Below, piece after piece: positions 1 through 9,160 of a stretch of DNA of 64,000 nt (positions within the stretch are counted from its first letter, which is position 1; each line of letters opens with the position of its first letter). The stretch comes from an uncultured virus (IMG/VR IMGVR_UViG_3300020438_003889) (lineage: Duplodnaviria > Heunggongvirae > Uroviricota > Caudoviricetes). The notes under the pieces are model-generated. The model was not told where the DNA came from and searched no databases. It saw only the letters and a program-made list of their open reading frames with translations. The translations under genes were made by a program, and so were the position numbers. Location: IMG/VR virus record IMGVR_UViG_3300020438_003889. One strand, 5' to 3'.

Positions 1-1
1 T

Positions 2-334
2 AGTTGTAGTCCTAAATTGTTCACAGTATCAGGTGAAAAACCTGAGAAAGCAATTAAACCTGAGATAGTAGCAGAATATAGAAAACTCTCCAACAAAGGA
101 CAATTAAAGTTTGTGGTAGGTCCCGATGATAGAGAATGGGAAGAAATGGAATCAGCAATCAAACAATTTAAAGAAGCAGGTGTTGATTGGCCAGTTTGGG
201 TCATGCCTGTAGGTGCAAGAGAAGAAGAACAAACTGCTAGTGCTGGTAAAGTGGCAGAGAAGGCATTTAAAAGAGGATACAATGTTGCGGCAAGAGTTCA
301 TGTATATCTTTTTGGTAATGCAATAGGAACATAA
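2..334 (+). CDS. queE: 7-carboxy-7-deazaguanine synthase QueE (radical SAM), C-terminal part; 5' end lies outside the window
   Basis: Frame open from base 2 (SCSPKLFTVSG...). The 'SPK', 'LKFVV', 'VWVMP' and C-terminal 'RVHVYLFGN' segments match the QueE C-terminal half. The CxxxCxxC motif is not in the window. Confidence 0.75.
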   Translation, partial: SCSPKLFTVSGEKPEKAIKPEIVAEYRKLSNKGQLKFVVGPDDREWEEMESAIKQFKEAGVDWPVWVMPVGAREEEQTASAGKVAEKAFKRGYNVAARVHVYLFGNAIGT

Positions 335-342
335 AAAACCAG

Positions 343-371
343 TAGACAACTAACGTATATTCATATACAAT
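343..371 (+). promoter_or_regulatory. sigma70-type promoter
   Basis: TAGACA (343-348) - 17 nt - TACAAT (366-371), upstream of the ORF at 396. Confidence 0.55.
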
Positions 372-395
372 ATACAAATAAATGAGGCATATAAA

Positions 396-746
396 ATGGC
401 AACAATAAAAAAAGCAGAAACAAAAACTAAAAAAACTGTTAAACCAAAAGCAAAAGCGAAAGCGAAAACAAAAGAAGCAAAAAGCGAAAAGCCTTGGGTT
501 AAAGTTTTAGACATGAATGTTAATCCAGAAAATCCTAGAAACGGATTTTTTGAACTAGACTGGAATGATGAGTTTGTTAATATGTTAAAGCAAAATGGAT
601 ATGAAGGGCAATCTGAAGAAGAGATCGTAGACAGATGGTTCCAGACACTTTGCAGAACAATCGGCAGTGAACAACAAGTTAATATCGAGGGTGCTGGTTA
701 TATTAATATTAACAGAACACCAGACGGAAAAACAGAGGTATCATAA
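396..746 (+). CDS. hypothetical phage protein with Lys/Ala-rich N-terminus
   Basis: 116 aa ORF, GAGG SD; basic low-complexity N-tail followed by a globular 'GFFELDWNDEF...VDRWF' region. Confidence 0.75.
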   Translation: MATIKKAETKTKKTVKPKAKAKAKTKEAKSEKPWVKVLDMNVNPENPRNGFFELDWNDEFVNMLKQNGYEGQSEEEIVDRWFQTLCRTIGSEQQVNIEGAGYININRTPDGKTEVS

Positions 747-880
747 TGGGATATTTTTTACTTGGAATATTAGTAGGTTGGTTAGTACCAAGACCAAAGT
801 TTATTGGCAGGGCAGAAATTGCCATATGGTCACCTATTAAAAAAAGACTTCCAAAATCTATTCAAAACTGGTTCGGGTAA
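746..880 (+). CDS. small membrane-anchored protein (44 aa, not in ORF track)
   Basis: TAATG stop/start overlap at 744-748; MGYFLLGILVGWLVPRPK...NWFG*; fills the gap exactly. Confidence 0.6.
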   Translation: MGYFLLGILVGWLVPRPKFIGRAEIAIWSPIKKRLPKSIQNWFG

Positions 881-886
881 TATACA

Positions 887-1876
887 ATGACACACATACT
901 AATTGACACGGCAAATACTTTTTTTCGTGCTAGACACGTTATCAGAGGAGATACATCTGAAAAAATTGGTATGGCTATCCATATTACAATGAACTCTATC
1001 AAAAAAGCATGGGCAGACTTTGATGGTTCTCATTTAGTATTTTGTTTAGAAGGTAGATCTTTTAGAAAAGATTTATACGCACCGTACAAAAGAAATCGTA
1101 AAGAAACAGTTGATGCAATGACTGTGAAAGAAAAAGAAGAAAACGATATATTTTGGGAGGTGTATGATGATTTTTGTAATTTTATTAAAACAAAAACAAA
1201 CGCCACAGTATTACAAAACAGCAGAGTAGAAGCAGACGACTTAATTGCACGTTGGATAGACAGACACCCAGAACAAAAACATCTTATTTTAAGTACTGAC
1301 AAAGATTTAAATCAATTAGTAAACGAACGTGTATCACAATACAACGGTGTTAACGAAGTTACAATGACACACGAAGGTTGGTTCGAAGCAAAAACAGGCA
1401 AGCCTGTAATAGATAAAAAAACAAAAGCACCTAAACCTGCTCCAGATCCAGAATGGATTATATTTGAGAAATCAATGAGAGGTGATCCTAGTGATAACAT
1501 ATTTTCAGCATACCCAGGTGTGCGTACTAAAGGCACGAAGAATAAAATAGGCTTAACAGAAGCATTTGCAGATCGTAAAGACAAAGGTTATACATGGAAC
1601 AATCTAATGCTGAGCAAGTGGGTTGATCACGATGGTGTAGAGCATAGGGTAATGGAAGACTATGAAAGAAACAGATCTTTAGTAGATCTTCATGCACAAC
1701 CAGAAGTTATTGTACAAGAACTAGATCAAACAATAGATCAAGCAATAGCAGATAATAAAAGTATAGATCAAGTAGGAATTAGATTTATGAAGTTTTGTGG
1801 CAAATATGATTTACAAAAAATTTCAGAACAAGCACAACTGTATGTAGAACCGTTTAACGCAAGGTTGGTAGCATAA
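887..1876 (+). CDS. rnh: T4 RNase H-like 5'-3' exonuclease / flap endonuclease
   Basis: Acidic active-site motifs LIDTAN, YKRNR, EADD, STDKDL and GDPSDNI of the 5' nuclease (FEN/PIN) family. Confidence 0.85.
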   Translation: MTHILIDTANTFFRARHVIRGDTSEKIGMAIHITMNSIKKAWADFDGSHLVFCLEGRSFRKDLYAPYKRNRKETVDAMTVKEKEENDIFWEVYDDFCNFIKTKTNATVLQNSRVEADDLIARWIDRHPEQKHLILSTDKDLNQLVNERVSQYNGVNEVTMTHEGWFEAKTGKPVIDKKTKAPKPAPDPEWIIFEKSMRGDPSDNIFSAYPGVRTKGTKNKIGLTEAFADRKDKGYTWNNLMLSKWVDHDGVEHRVMEDYERNRSLVDLHAQPEVIVQELDQTIDQAIADNKSIDQVGIRFMKFCGKYDLQKISEQAQLYVEPFNARLVA

Positions 1877-1986
1877 TGTGGTTCGGTTGGGAATATATTA
1901 AAGAGATGATATATGATCTTGCTCCATGGATCGGTGCAATCGTTATTGTTGTCTTGTTGGTAGCAATTTTAGGAATGGCAATATGA
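1876..1986 (+). CDS. small membrane protein (36 aa, not in ORF track)
   Basis: TAATG overlap with the upstream stop and ATGA overlap with the downstream start; MWFGWEYIKEMIYDLAPWIGAIVIVVLLVAILGMAI has one hydrophobic helix. Confidence 0.65.
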   Translation: MWFGWEYIKEMIYDLAPWIGAIVIVVLLVAILGMAI

Positions 1987-2543
1987 CAGTAAAAGCAAAA
2001 ACACTTGTAAAAGATAAGTTTTGGATTGTTGAAGAACACGGTCAAAAATTAGGTACGTTACAAAAGAAAGATAACAACGGCTGGATATTTTTAAGTAAGG
2101 CAGATAAAAGACAAGTGTACCATACACAAGAAAGTTTATTTCAAAGATTTGGTGTAGGTATATTTTCTCATGATATCAAAATAGGTGAGCCTGGAGATAG
2201 CACAGTTGAAGCAGTAGAGAACGACGAAGGCACAGGATATACAGTACATGGATACCCTTGTTCTCAAAAACCATTCAACCCAATGTTTGATGTACAAAAA
2301 CAATTACCCATTTATACCAAAACACCAAAATCGAAAAGTTTATTTTGTGCAGGTTACTACATAATTTGTTTTGAAAAAGGATGGCGTAAAGCATATTGTC
2401 CAAAAGTGATCACACTTCAAAGATATGATTACAAAGGACCAATAAAATCAAAAATTGAAATGCAACAAATATTAAACAACGCAGTCAAAGAGTATGAATC
2501 ACAAAATCAAGATCTTGAATTTCCAAAATGTGATAAATTTTAA
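1983..2543 (+). CDS. hypothetical phage protein
   Basis: ORF; likely start MTVKAK at 1983 (ATGA overlap) rather than 1926. Confidence 0.75.
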   Translation: MTVKAKTLVKDKFWIVEEHGQKLGTLQKKDNNGWIFLSKADKRQVYHTQESLFQRFGVGIFSHDIKIGEPGDSTVEAVENDEGTGYTVHGYPCSQKPFNPMFDVQKQLPIYTKTPKSKSLFCAGYYIICFEKGWRKAYCPKVITLQRYDYKGPIKSKIEMQQILNNAVKEYESQNQDLEFPKCDKF

Positions 2544-2545
2544 CC

Positions 2546-2791
2546 ATGAATAGCAGAATACAAACACAACACATAGAAGACTTTATTGCAAGAGTGAGAA
2601 TGCTTCGCAACAAGAGAGATCCTAACATGACGTTAACTGCTCGAGAAGCCGAACAACTTGCAGACTCTTTGTCTCAAGTTATGACAAGACTGGTTACTAT
2701 ACAAGAGGAAATAATTAACGCACTTAAAACCGCTCAACAGTCAGCAACGGTGGACATTGAGATGGACGGCGGGGAGTTCAACAAGAAGTAG
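2546..2791 (+). CDS. hypothetical protein (coiled-coil)
   Basis: 81 aa ORF closely packed in the + strand operon. Confidence 0.7.
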   Translation: MNSRIQTQHIEDFIARVRMLRNKRDPNMTLTAREAEQLADSLSQVMTRLVTIQEEIINALKTAQQSATVDIEMDGGEFNKK

Positions 2792-2823
2792 TCAATACAA
2801 TTTTTGGTAAATACTGTTATATT

Positions 2824-3111
2824 ATGAGCAGACCAAAACCAAAAGTTATACTACAAAATTCAAACAAGGAAACGTACAAACTTGACGAAGTACTTGCGGC
2901 GGAAGGTATATGGGCAGTATTTTATGAAGGCAAACCCATTAATCTTAAAACGTCTAGTCTTGTAGCAAATTATCCTGGACCAAAATACAAAAAAGTATCA
3001 TTCTCGAATCCAGGTCATGCAGAAAACTTGGCGAAGAAATTAAACACTCAACACAAAACAGACAAGTTTGAAGTTTTCATATTAAAAACTGGCGATAAAT
3101 TTTCTAGATAA
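2824..3111 (+). CDS. hypothetical basic phage protein
   Basis: 95 aa ORF, preceded by GGTAAATAC (late-promoter-like) at 2806-2814. Confidence 0.75.
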   Translation: MSRPKPKVILQNSNKETYKLDEVLAAEGIWAVFYEGKPINLKTSSLVANYPGPKYKKVSFSNPGHAENLAKKLNTQHKTDKFEVFILKTGDKFSR

Positions 3112-3119
3112 TTAAGTGT

Positions 3120-3512
3120 ATGGACACAAAGACAGCCTACACTCGTACCTTCCTAATGCTCAAAGAACAACCACTCCATGAAGAGAGTATAAAGACTGCC
3201 TACTATACTTGGTGGCAAAATGTAAGAGAGAAATATCAAGCAAGATCCTTAAGACTTACCAAATTAGGTTTTGAATGGATTGAATCTTGTGAAATCAAAA
3301 CTTACGATATCAAGTTTCCTGCTAAAATTATATTCACTCCACAAACATACCTATGGTTAGACGAATATGTTGATTGTCCTTACTACGTAGACAAGAAGAG
3401 AATCGTAGTAACCATGGAAAAAATGGCTCTACAACTCATGCTTTTTGCTGGAGATATCACAAAATACGGGTTAGCACGAGCAATGAGCAAAGCAGACGAA
3501 CAAAAAGACTAG
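3120..3512 (+). CDS. hypothetical phage protein
   Basis: 130 aa ORF in operon. Confidence 0.75.
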   Translation: MDTKTAYTRTFLMLKEQPLHEESIKTAYYTWWQNVREKYQARSLRLTKLGFEWIESCEIKTYDIKFPAKIIFTPQTYLWLDEYVDCPYYVDKKRIVVTMEKMALQLMLFAGDITKYGLARAMSKADEQKD

Positions 3513-3534
3513 TAAAACTGCGGTTTTTTAACGG

Positions 3535-3562
3535 TTGACCTATTACCGTTTCATGCTATAAT
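3535..3562 (+). promoter_or_regulatory. sigma70-type (early) promoter with extended -10
   Basis: TTGACC (3535-3540) - 16 nt - TATAAT (3557-3562) with TGn directly upstream; AGGAG SD before the ATG at 3597. Confidence 0.75.
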
Positions 3563-3596
3563 GATATTATAAACAATTTAACGCAGGAGTGTGTAA

Positions 3597-4700
3597 ATGG
3601 CAAGACCAAAAAACAAAGAACAAGCAGTAGGCAGTCAAAATAGAACTGTCACACCTAATGAGGCAATTTCAGCCTTAAAACATTGTATCAAATTACAAAG
3701 ACCTATAATGATGTGGGGTGCACCAGGTATTGGTAAATCAGATATCGTTAAACAAATTGGTGATGAATCCGAAAGAGAAGTTATTGATATTAGACTTCCT
3801 TTATGGGAACCAACAGACATCAAAGGTATTCCTTATTACAATGCAAAAGAGAACAACATGGTTTGGGCGAGTCCGGCAGAATTGCCAACTGATCCCAAGT
3901 CTAATGCAATTATCTTTTTAGACGAATTAAATTCGGCGGCACCGGCTGTACAGGCGGCGGCATATCAACTTATTTTAAACAGACGTGTAGGACAATACAA
4001 ACTACCAGAAGGTGTTTCGATTGTGGCGGCTGGTAACAGAGATTCAGATAAAGGTGTAACTTTTAGAATGCCTGCTCCGTTGGCAAACAGATTTGTACAC
4101 ATTGAATTGAGAGTAGACTACGAAGATTGGATGGAATGGGCAACTTTAAATCATATCCACCCAGACGTTGTAGGTTATGTGACATTTGCTAAACAAGATT
4201 TATATGACTTTGATCCTAGAGGATCTAGTAGAAGTTTTGCGACTCCAAGAAGTTGGAGTTTCGTAAGCGAACTTCTGTCCGACGACCTGCCTGAAAACAC
4301 ACTCACAGACCTCGTTGCAGGAGCGGTAGGAGAAGGGTTGGCTGTTAAGTTTATGAGTCATCGTAAGGTTAGTGGCCAACTTCCTAATCCATCTGATATT
4401 TTAGGTGGTAAGATAAAAGATCTAAAATGTAAAGAGATATCAGCGATGTACTCTCTTACAGTTTCTTTGTGTTATGAATTACAACAGGCACATGAAAAGA
4501 AAGCAAAAAATTGGAACGAACAAGCGGATAGGTTCTTTCATTATATGATGGATAACTTTGAAACAGAGTTGGTTGTTATGGGTGCGAAGATTGCCTTAAC
4601 AAACTACAAACTTCCATTCGATCCTAGCAAGTTAAAATCTTTTGATAGGTTCCATAAGAAGTTTGGCAAATATGTTATAACTGCTATGGAGTCTAAATAA
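3597..4700 (+). CDS. MoxR-type AAA+ ATPase
   Basis: Walker A GAPGIGKS, Walker B IIFLDELN, sensor I AAGN, arginine finger LANRF, sensor II TPRSW. Confidence 0.9.
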   Translation: MARPKNKEQAVGSQNRTVTPNEAISALKHCIKLQRPIMMWGAPGIGKSDIVKQIGDESEREVIDIRLPLWEPTDIKGIPYYNAKENNMVWASPAELPTDPKSNAIIFLDELNSAAPAVQAAAYQLILNRRVGQYKLPEGVSIVAAGNRDSDKGVTFRMPAPLANRFVHIELRVDYEDWMEWATLNHIHPDVVGYVTFAKQDLYDFDPRGSSRSFATPRSWSFVSELLSDDLPENTLTDLVAGAVGEGLAVKFMSHRKVSGQLPNPSDILGGKIKDLKCKEISAMYSLTVSLCYELQQAHEKKAKNWNEQADRFFHYMMDNFETELVVMGAKIALTNYKLPFDPSKLKSFDRFHKKFGKYVITAMESK

Positions 4701-5938
4701 TGGCAACTGATCAACAGATCATAGACAAACTGGTTACGGCAAGGATTGCCTTACTACTGAAGCATCCGTTCTTTGGCAACCTTGCAACAAGACTTAAACT
4801 TATCAATGCTGACGAGTGGTGTCCAACTGCTGGTACTGATGGTAGAAACTTTTATTACAATACAAAATTTATTGATTCTTTAAATCCTAAAGAAGCAGAG
4901 TTCTTGTTTGGACATGAAGTTCTACATAATGTATTTGAACATATGCTTGTTAGACAGGGTGATAGAGATCATCAAATTTGGAATATTGCGGCAGACTATG
5001 CCGTTAATCAAATTCTAGTTGATTATAGAATTGGTGAAATGCCTAAAGGTAAAAAAGGTGAAAACAAAGGATTCCAAGATGAGAAATATAAAGATTGGAA
5101 TGCTGAAAGAATATACGACGACATCTACAAGCAGGCTAAAAAGAACGGTAAGGAGATGTTGAAGAAAATGGGTGAGTTGTTAGACGATCACCAAGAGTGG
5201 GGTAAAGGTGGTGGAGAAGGACAAAGCAAAGATAACAAAGGTAAAGAAAATGGTTCAGGTAAACCTGTTTACACTAAAGAAGAATTAAAGAAGATTAGAG
5301 ATGAAGTTAAAGAAGCAATGATAAGTGCCGCACAATCAACCGGTGCTGGAAACTTGCCAGGTGCTATACAAAGAATGGTTGCTGAACTTACAGAACCAAA
5401 AATGGATTGGAGAGAAATTATCCAACAACACATTATGAGTACTATCAAGTCTGATTATACTTGGATGAGACCTAGTAGAAAGTCATGGCATACATCTGCT
5501 ATACTACCAGGACAAAACAATGATGAAATGATTGATATATGTTTATCTCTTGATGCTTCTGGATCAATATCAGATAAACAATGCAAAGAATTTTTAACTG
5601 AAGTTAAAAATATAATGGACCAATATAAAGACTTTAAAATTCATTTATGGTCTTTTGACACAAAGGTCTTCAATCCAAAAGTGTTCACACCAGATAACAT
5701 GGACGAGATACTTGATTATGAATTAGGTGCTGGTGGCGGAACAGAGTTCGAATGTAATTGGGATTATATGAAAGAAGAGGGCATTGAGCCAAAAAAATTC
5801 ATCATGTTTACAGATGGATGGCCATTTAACACATGGGGTGACGAACACTACTGTGATACCATATTTCTTATCAATAACCCATACGAAAGAAACATTGAAG
5901 CACCCTGGGGATTAACGGTACATTATGATGAGGATTAA
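4700..5938 (+). CDS. HExxH metallopeptidase-like + VWA domain protein (DUF2201-type), AAA partner
   Basis: HEVLH zincin motif, WNIAADYAVN, MIDAS-like DASGS, GGGT and FTDG; TAATG-coupled to the ATPase. Confidence 0.85.
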   Translation: MATDQQIIDKLVTARIALLLKHPFFGNLATRLKLINADEWCPTAGTDGRNFYYNTKFIDSLNPKEAEFLFGHEVLHNVFEHMLVRQGDRDHQIWNIAADYAVNQILVDYRIGEMPKGKKGENKGFQDEKYKDWNAERIYDDIYKQAKKNGKEMLKKMGELLDDHQEWGKGGGEGQSKDNKGKENGSGKPVYTKEELKKIRDEVKEAMISAAQSTGAGNLPGAIQRMVAELTEPKMDWREIIQQHIMSTIKSDYTWMRPSRKSWHTSAILPGQNNDEMIDICLSLDASGSISDKQCKEFLTEVKNIMDQYKDFKIHLWSFDTKVFNPKVFTPDNMDEILDYELGAGGGTEFECNWDYMKEEGIEPKKFIMFTDGWPFNTWGDEHYCDTIFLINNPYERNIEAPWGLTVHYDED

Positions 5939-6188
5939 TATAAACAATTTCTTTGATAGACGACAATCATATTGTCTTCCACACTTTACTACTACAACAC
6001 TCACTCCGAGGACTGACGGACAAGTAGAAGATATTAATGCATGGATATACGAGCATTGTCACGGAAGATATTCTATTGTTGATGATGTATCGTTAGAAGG
6101 TGACAATCCTTCCGCTAGATTAAAAATAGGATTTGAAAATCCTGGCGATTTAACTTTGTTCGCTTTAAGTGGATTGATGGGAGATTAA
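5925..6188 (+). CDS. hypothetical protein
   Basis: 87 aa ORF overlapping the upstream stop. Confidence 0.65.
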   Translation: MMRININNFFDRRQSYCLPHFTTTTLTPRTDGQVEDINAWIYEHCHGRYSIVDDVSLEGDNPSARLKIGFENPGDLTLFALSGLMGD

Positions 6189-6451
6189 TGAAAAAAGAAA
6201 TTAAATTAGATAAGGCATATGTAAAACACTCTAAAGCATCAGAGCATGATCCTAAAGTATGGTGGTACGAAGAACTAGAAGGTGAAATATTAGAATATGC
6301 AAAATACTGCACAAGGAAAGCAAAGGTGCTTAAAGGAGATCCTGTGCATTTAGCACATCTAAAAAGAATAGGCAAAACTATCCATAGTTTAAAAACTACC
6401 TCAGCATTGGCTATGGGAACGTGGGAGGATTTATATGAATACGATGAGTAA
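6188..6451 (+). CDS. hypothetical protein
   Basis: 87 aa ORF, GGGAG SD, TAATG overlap. Confidence 0.65.
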   Translation: MKKEIKLDKAYVKHSKASEHDPKVWWYEELEGEILEYAKYCTRKAKVLKGDPVHLAHLKRIGKTIHSLKTTSALAMGTWEDLYEYDE

Positions 6452-6809
6452 AATAAAAGAATATAAAGTAAAAAGAAAAGATCGTAAGGTCTATAAAGGT
6501 CGTACCAATAAAGAGTTAAAAGAACTTGCGGTAGGTTGTTATAGAGGTGATGTGTTTACGAGTCTTCAAGTTCGCGATGCACAAGACCTTGGCATGGTGT
6601 TTATGCCGTTGATGTTAATGAATCCTGTACAAAGGAAAGATACAGTAGAAAATAAACCTTTTATGTATTATTCTTTTATGAAAGATGCATTTCCAACTGG
6701 TGTAAACGGTTACCCTTGTTTTGGTTCTGTTGCATTTCTTAACAAAAAAGAAACTGAAAAATTCGTAAAATATCATAAACAGATTGAAGAAAATATAGAT
6801 GCCATCTAA
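6435..6809 (+). CDS. hypothetical protein
   Basis: 124 aa ORF, GGAGG SD upstream. Confidence 0.7.
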   Translation: MNTMSKIKEYKVKRKDRKVYKGRTNKELKELAVGCYRGDVFTSLQVRDAQDLGMVFMPLMLMNPVQRKDTVENKPFMYYSFMKDAFPTGVNGYPCFGSVAFLNKKETEKFVKYHKQIEENIDAI

Positions 6810-7047
6810 CACAGAAATACAAGTTAAACCATATCAGCCGTTGGCATGGTTTTTTACTGCAACCTTAATAGGAGCCGCAACAATGGCGGCGTTTAATATG
6901 TACCCTTGGTACAGTTATGCATTCACAGTATCAAACTTGGGTTGGGTAGTAATAGGCATATTATGGAAAGAAAAGTCCTTGATTGTTTTAAATGCAGGAC
7001 TTACAGTAATATATATTGTTGGTTTAGCAAGTGATTGGATCAACTAA
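6799..7047 (+). CDS. small integral membrane protein (about 3 TM helices)
   Basis: 82 aa with three hydrophobic segments. Confidence 0.7.
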   Translation: MPSNTEIQVKPYQPLAWFFTATLIGAATMAAFNMYPWYSYAFTVSNLGWVVIGILWKEKSLIVLNAGLTVIYIVGLASDWIN

Positions 7048-7289
7048 TGCCATCTAAACAATTAACAACAAAACAATTTTTCAAACTTAAAAGCGATTTC
7101 TATGTACTAGATATAGAAGATGTATTAGAGAAAGAACTATTAGAGTTAATTGATAAAGTTTTGGTCGAAAGGTCAAAAGGTTGGTTCTATTCTACAGGTG
7201 CCTTTTATGCTTTTGAAAAATCTATAGATAAACAATTGGTAAAGAGTGCCCTTTCTTGGGATTTCATCAAAAACAAATTACCAAAATAA
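7047..7289 (+). CDS. hypothetical protein
   Basis: ATG at 7047 in a TAATG overlap with the upstream stop. Confidence 0.6.
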   Translation: MPSKQLTTKQFFKLKSDFYVLDIEDVLEKELLELIDKVLVERSKGWFYSTGAFYAFEKSIDKQLVKSALSWDFIKNKLPK

Positions 7290-7312
7290 TCACAATCTTT
7301 CGATAATAAAAC

Positions 7313-7341
7313 TTGCAAATATAACTATTATTTGTTACAAT
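7313..7341 (+). promoter_or_regulatory. sigma70-type promoter with extended -10, overlapped by inverted repeats
   Basis: TTGCAA (7313-7318) - 17 nt - TACAAT (7336-7341) with TGn; CTATTATT/AATAATAG inverted repeat 7325-7346; palindrome CTATTTGCAAATAG 7350-7363. Confidence 0.6.
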
Positions 7342-7374
7342 AATAGAAACTATTTGCAAATAGGAGAAAAATAA

Positions 7375-7680
7375 ATGGTAGCAAAAACAAAGAAAAAAGC
7401 GAAAGTGGAAACAGAAGCACCAGCAAATGCTTCCGGTACTGCGGCTCCAGGTCCAGAAGGACAAGCGCCTCAAAATGATTTGAGTATTGGAGATTTAAGA
7501 AACCTTTCAACAGTAATAGATGTTGCTTCAACAAGAGGTGCATTTAGAGCCAATGAAATGGCAATGGTAGGAGCAGTTTATAATAAACTTCAAGCCTTTT
7601 TGGCTAAAGTGGCTCCGCCTAAACAAGAAGGCGAAGAAGGAGCACCAGCAACTCCTCCGGCACCTGACACACAAGGATAA
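7375..7680 (+). CDS. hypothetical phage protein with disordered termini
   Basis: 101 aa, strong AGGAG SD; core 'LSIGDL...IDVASTRGAFRANEM'. Confidence 0.8.
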   Translation: MVAKTKKKAKVETEAPANASGTAAPGPEGQAPQNDLSIGDLRNLSTVIDVASTRGAFRANEMAMVGAVYNKLQAFLAKVAPPKQEGEEGAPATPPAPDTQG

Positions 7681-7691
7681 GGAGATAAACC

Positions 7692-8228
7692 ATGGCAATA
7701 GCAGGACTTCACGATAAAGCGGTTATGGATGCAGGAACTACCTCCGCGGACATTCAAGCAAAGAAAACTAGAATGAAACACATGGGTGAGTTTAAAGAAA
7801 CTTCAACACCTGTTGTTATTGTTTTTAGAACTTTGCCAAACGATTCCGAAAGTTGCTTGGTTGTAGCACCGAAATTTTTACCCGATGTATACAATGAAGC
7901 ATTAATGAAAGCGGTTGAGTCAGAAGGTGGCCAAGCAGAAAACGAATTTGGTACCTACATAGGAAGACAAACTTTTCCTAATGGCGAGAATATGTTAGAG
8001 ATGCTTCATAGTGGAAACTATCTTAAGAAGCAGTCAACAACTGCAATTATGGTAACATACGGTCTTGGTGATGACGGTAAAATATCACTTGAGAAACTAA
8101 ACAACTTAATTGCGAAAGACAAAGGCGTCAAAGTTAGCGAGTTAGCAATAGTAGATACCTCAAAAGCAGAGGATACAAATAAAAAAGTTATCAAAGATGC
8201 CAAAAAAAGTTCCAAAAAGAAAACGTAA
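7692..8228 (+). CDS. hypothetical phage protein
   Basis: 178 aa, AAGGAG SD. Confidence 0.75.
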   Translation: MAIAGLHDKAVMDAGTTSADIQAKKTRMKHMGEFKETSTPVVIVFRTLPNDSESCLVVAPKFLPDVYNEALMKAVESEGGQAENEFGTYIGRQTFPNGENMLEMLHSGNYLKKQSTTAIMVTYGLGDDGKISLEKLNNLIAKDKGVKVSELAIVDTSKAEDTNKKVIKDAKKSSKKKT

Positions 8229-8544
8229 ACATACCTGGGTCACTCTTACACAAGATTTTGTTAAGGAGTGGCCAGAGGTACTTGACGGTATTAATTTTTC
8301 AAACCTACCCATAGTATATGTTAAATGGATTAATATTCAGTTAAAGAGTTCTGTATCGTTGAGATACGATATTGAAAAAGAATTAAAAATTAAAGATTCT
8401 AAAAAAGTAGCAACTTTAATTACCGATGCACTAGATAAGCATTATCATCAAATAGATAAAGTTAATATTAAATTTGATATTCCTAAATTGAAAATAGATG
8501 TTCAAGCGAAAACATCTAGTATATTAAAAAAGTCTTTTACTTAA
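8197..8544 (+). CDS. hypothetical phage protein
   Basis: 115 aa; last + strand gene, its 3' end overlaps the convergent gene. Confidence 0.7.
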   Translation: MPKKVPKRKRKHTWVTLTQDFVKEWPEVLDGINFSNLPIVYVKWINIQLKSSVSLRYDIEKELKIKDSKKVATLITDALDKHYHQIDKVNIKFDIPKLKIDVQAKTSSILKKSFT

Positions 8545-9160
8545 AATTACAACTAATAGATACACGTTCAACATCTGATTTAAACGGATAAACATAATGT
8601 TTTAGTTCTGCTGGAAAGAACCAAATATCTTTGTCTTTTGGAACTTGGGTAAAATAAGTTTCAGAAAATTGAATGCTTTCACCATATGTCCATTGTATTC
8701 TTCCTGCACTAGGAATATTACTTTTCTTAGAATGCTCAGATTCAACATTTTCTATTTCAATTTCTTCCGGTACAGAAAGATATGCTACACAAGATATAAG
8801 TCCTGCATGAAAATGACTTGGATTCCATTCTCCTGCTTTCATGTAGTTTACCCAGATAGGTTCAACCATTGTTAAATCTTTTATTCTAGGTCTTCCAAAT
8901 TTTTTAATTCTTTTCTCTTTTTTTGCTTGTAACATATATGTTTGTGCAAGATCTAATAATTGTGCATAAACTAGTTCTTTCTCTTCTTCAGAAAAATCTA
9001 ATTTGTATTCTTCTGCTATGTTTCCTGCTAGTTGATGCCTAAAGTCATTGTCGTTGTTTCTGCTGTCATTGGATTTTGTTAATAGTGCAGTATGCAATTC
9101 ATCTGACATAACCCCCTTCATTAGTATTGGACCAAATGGTGTATGAAGTGTATTATCCAT
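8537..9160 (-). CDS. putative 2OG-Fe(II) oxygenase (TIGR02466/cyanophage-like)
   Basis: WVN...WNPSHFH (HxH), FFPAELKHYVYP, ERVSISCN jelly-roll motifs. Confidence 0.75.
   Translation of the reverse strand: MDNTLHTPFGPILMKGVMSDELHTALLTKSNDSRNNDNDFRHQLAGNIAEEYKLDFSEEEKELVYAQLLDLAQTYMLQAKKEKRIKKFGRPRIKDLTMVEPIWVNYMKAGEWNPSHFHAGLISCVAYLSVPEEIEIENVESEHSKKSNIPSAGRIQWTYGESIQFSETYFTQVPKDKDIWFFPAELKHYVYPFKSDVERVSISCNFK

Noticed and set aside
1926..1982. Upstream start for the 205 aa ORF, and similar extended starts at 14674, 20490, 31243, 32196 and 37041
   Set aside because: The extensions overlap neighbouring genes or a promoter; downstream ATGs give typical short overlaps
3514..3529. AAAAC-TGCG-GTTTT possible terminator
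   Set aside because: Stem too short and AT-rich to call
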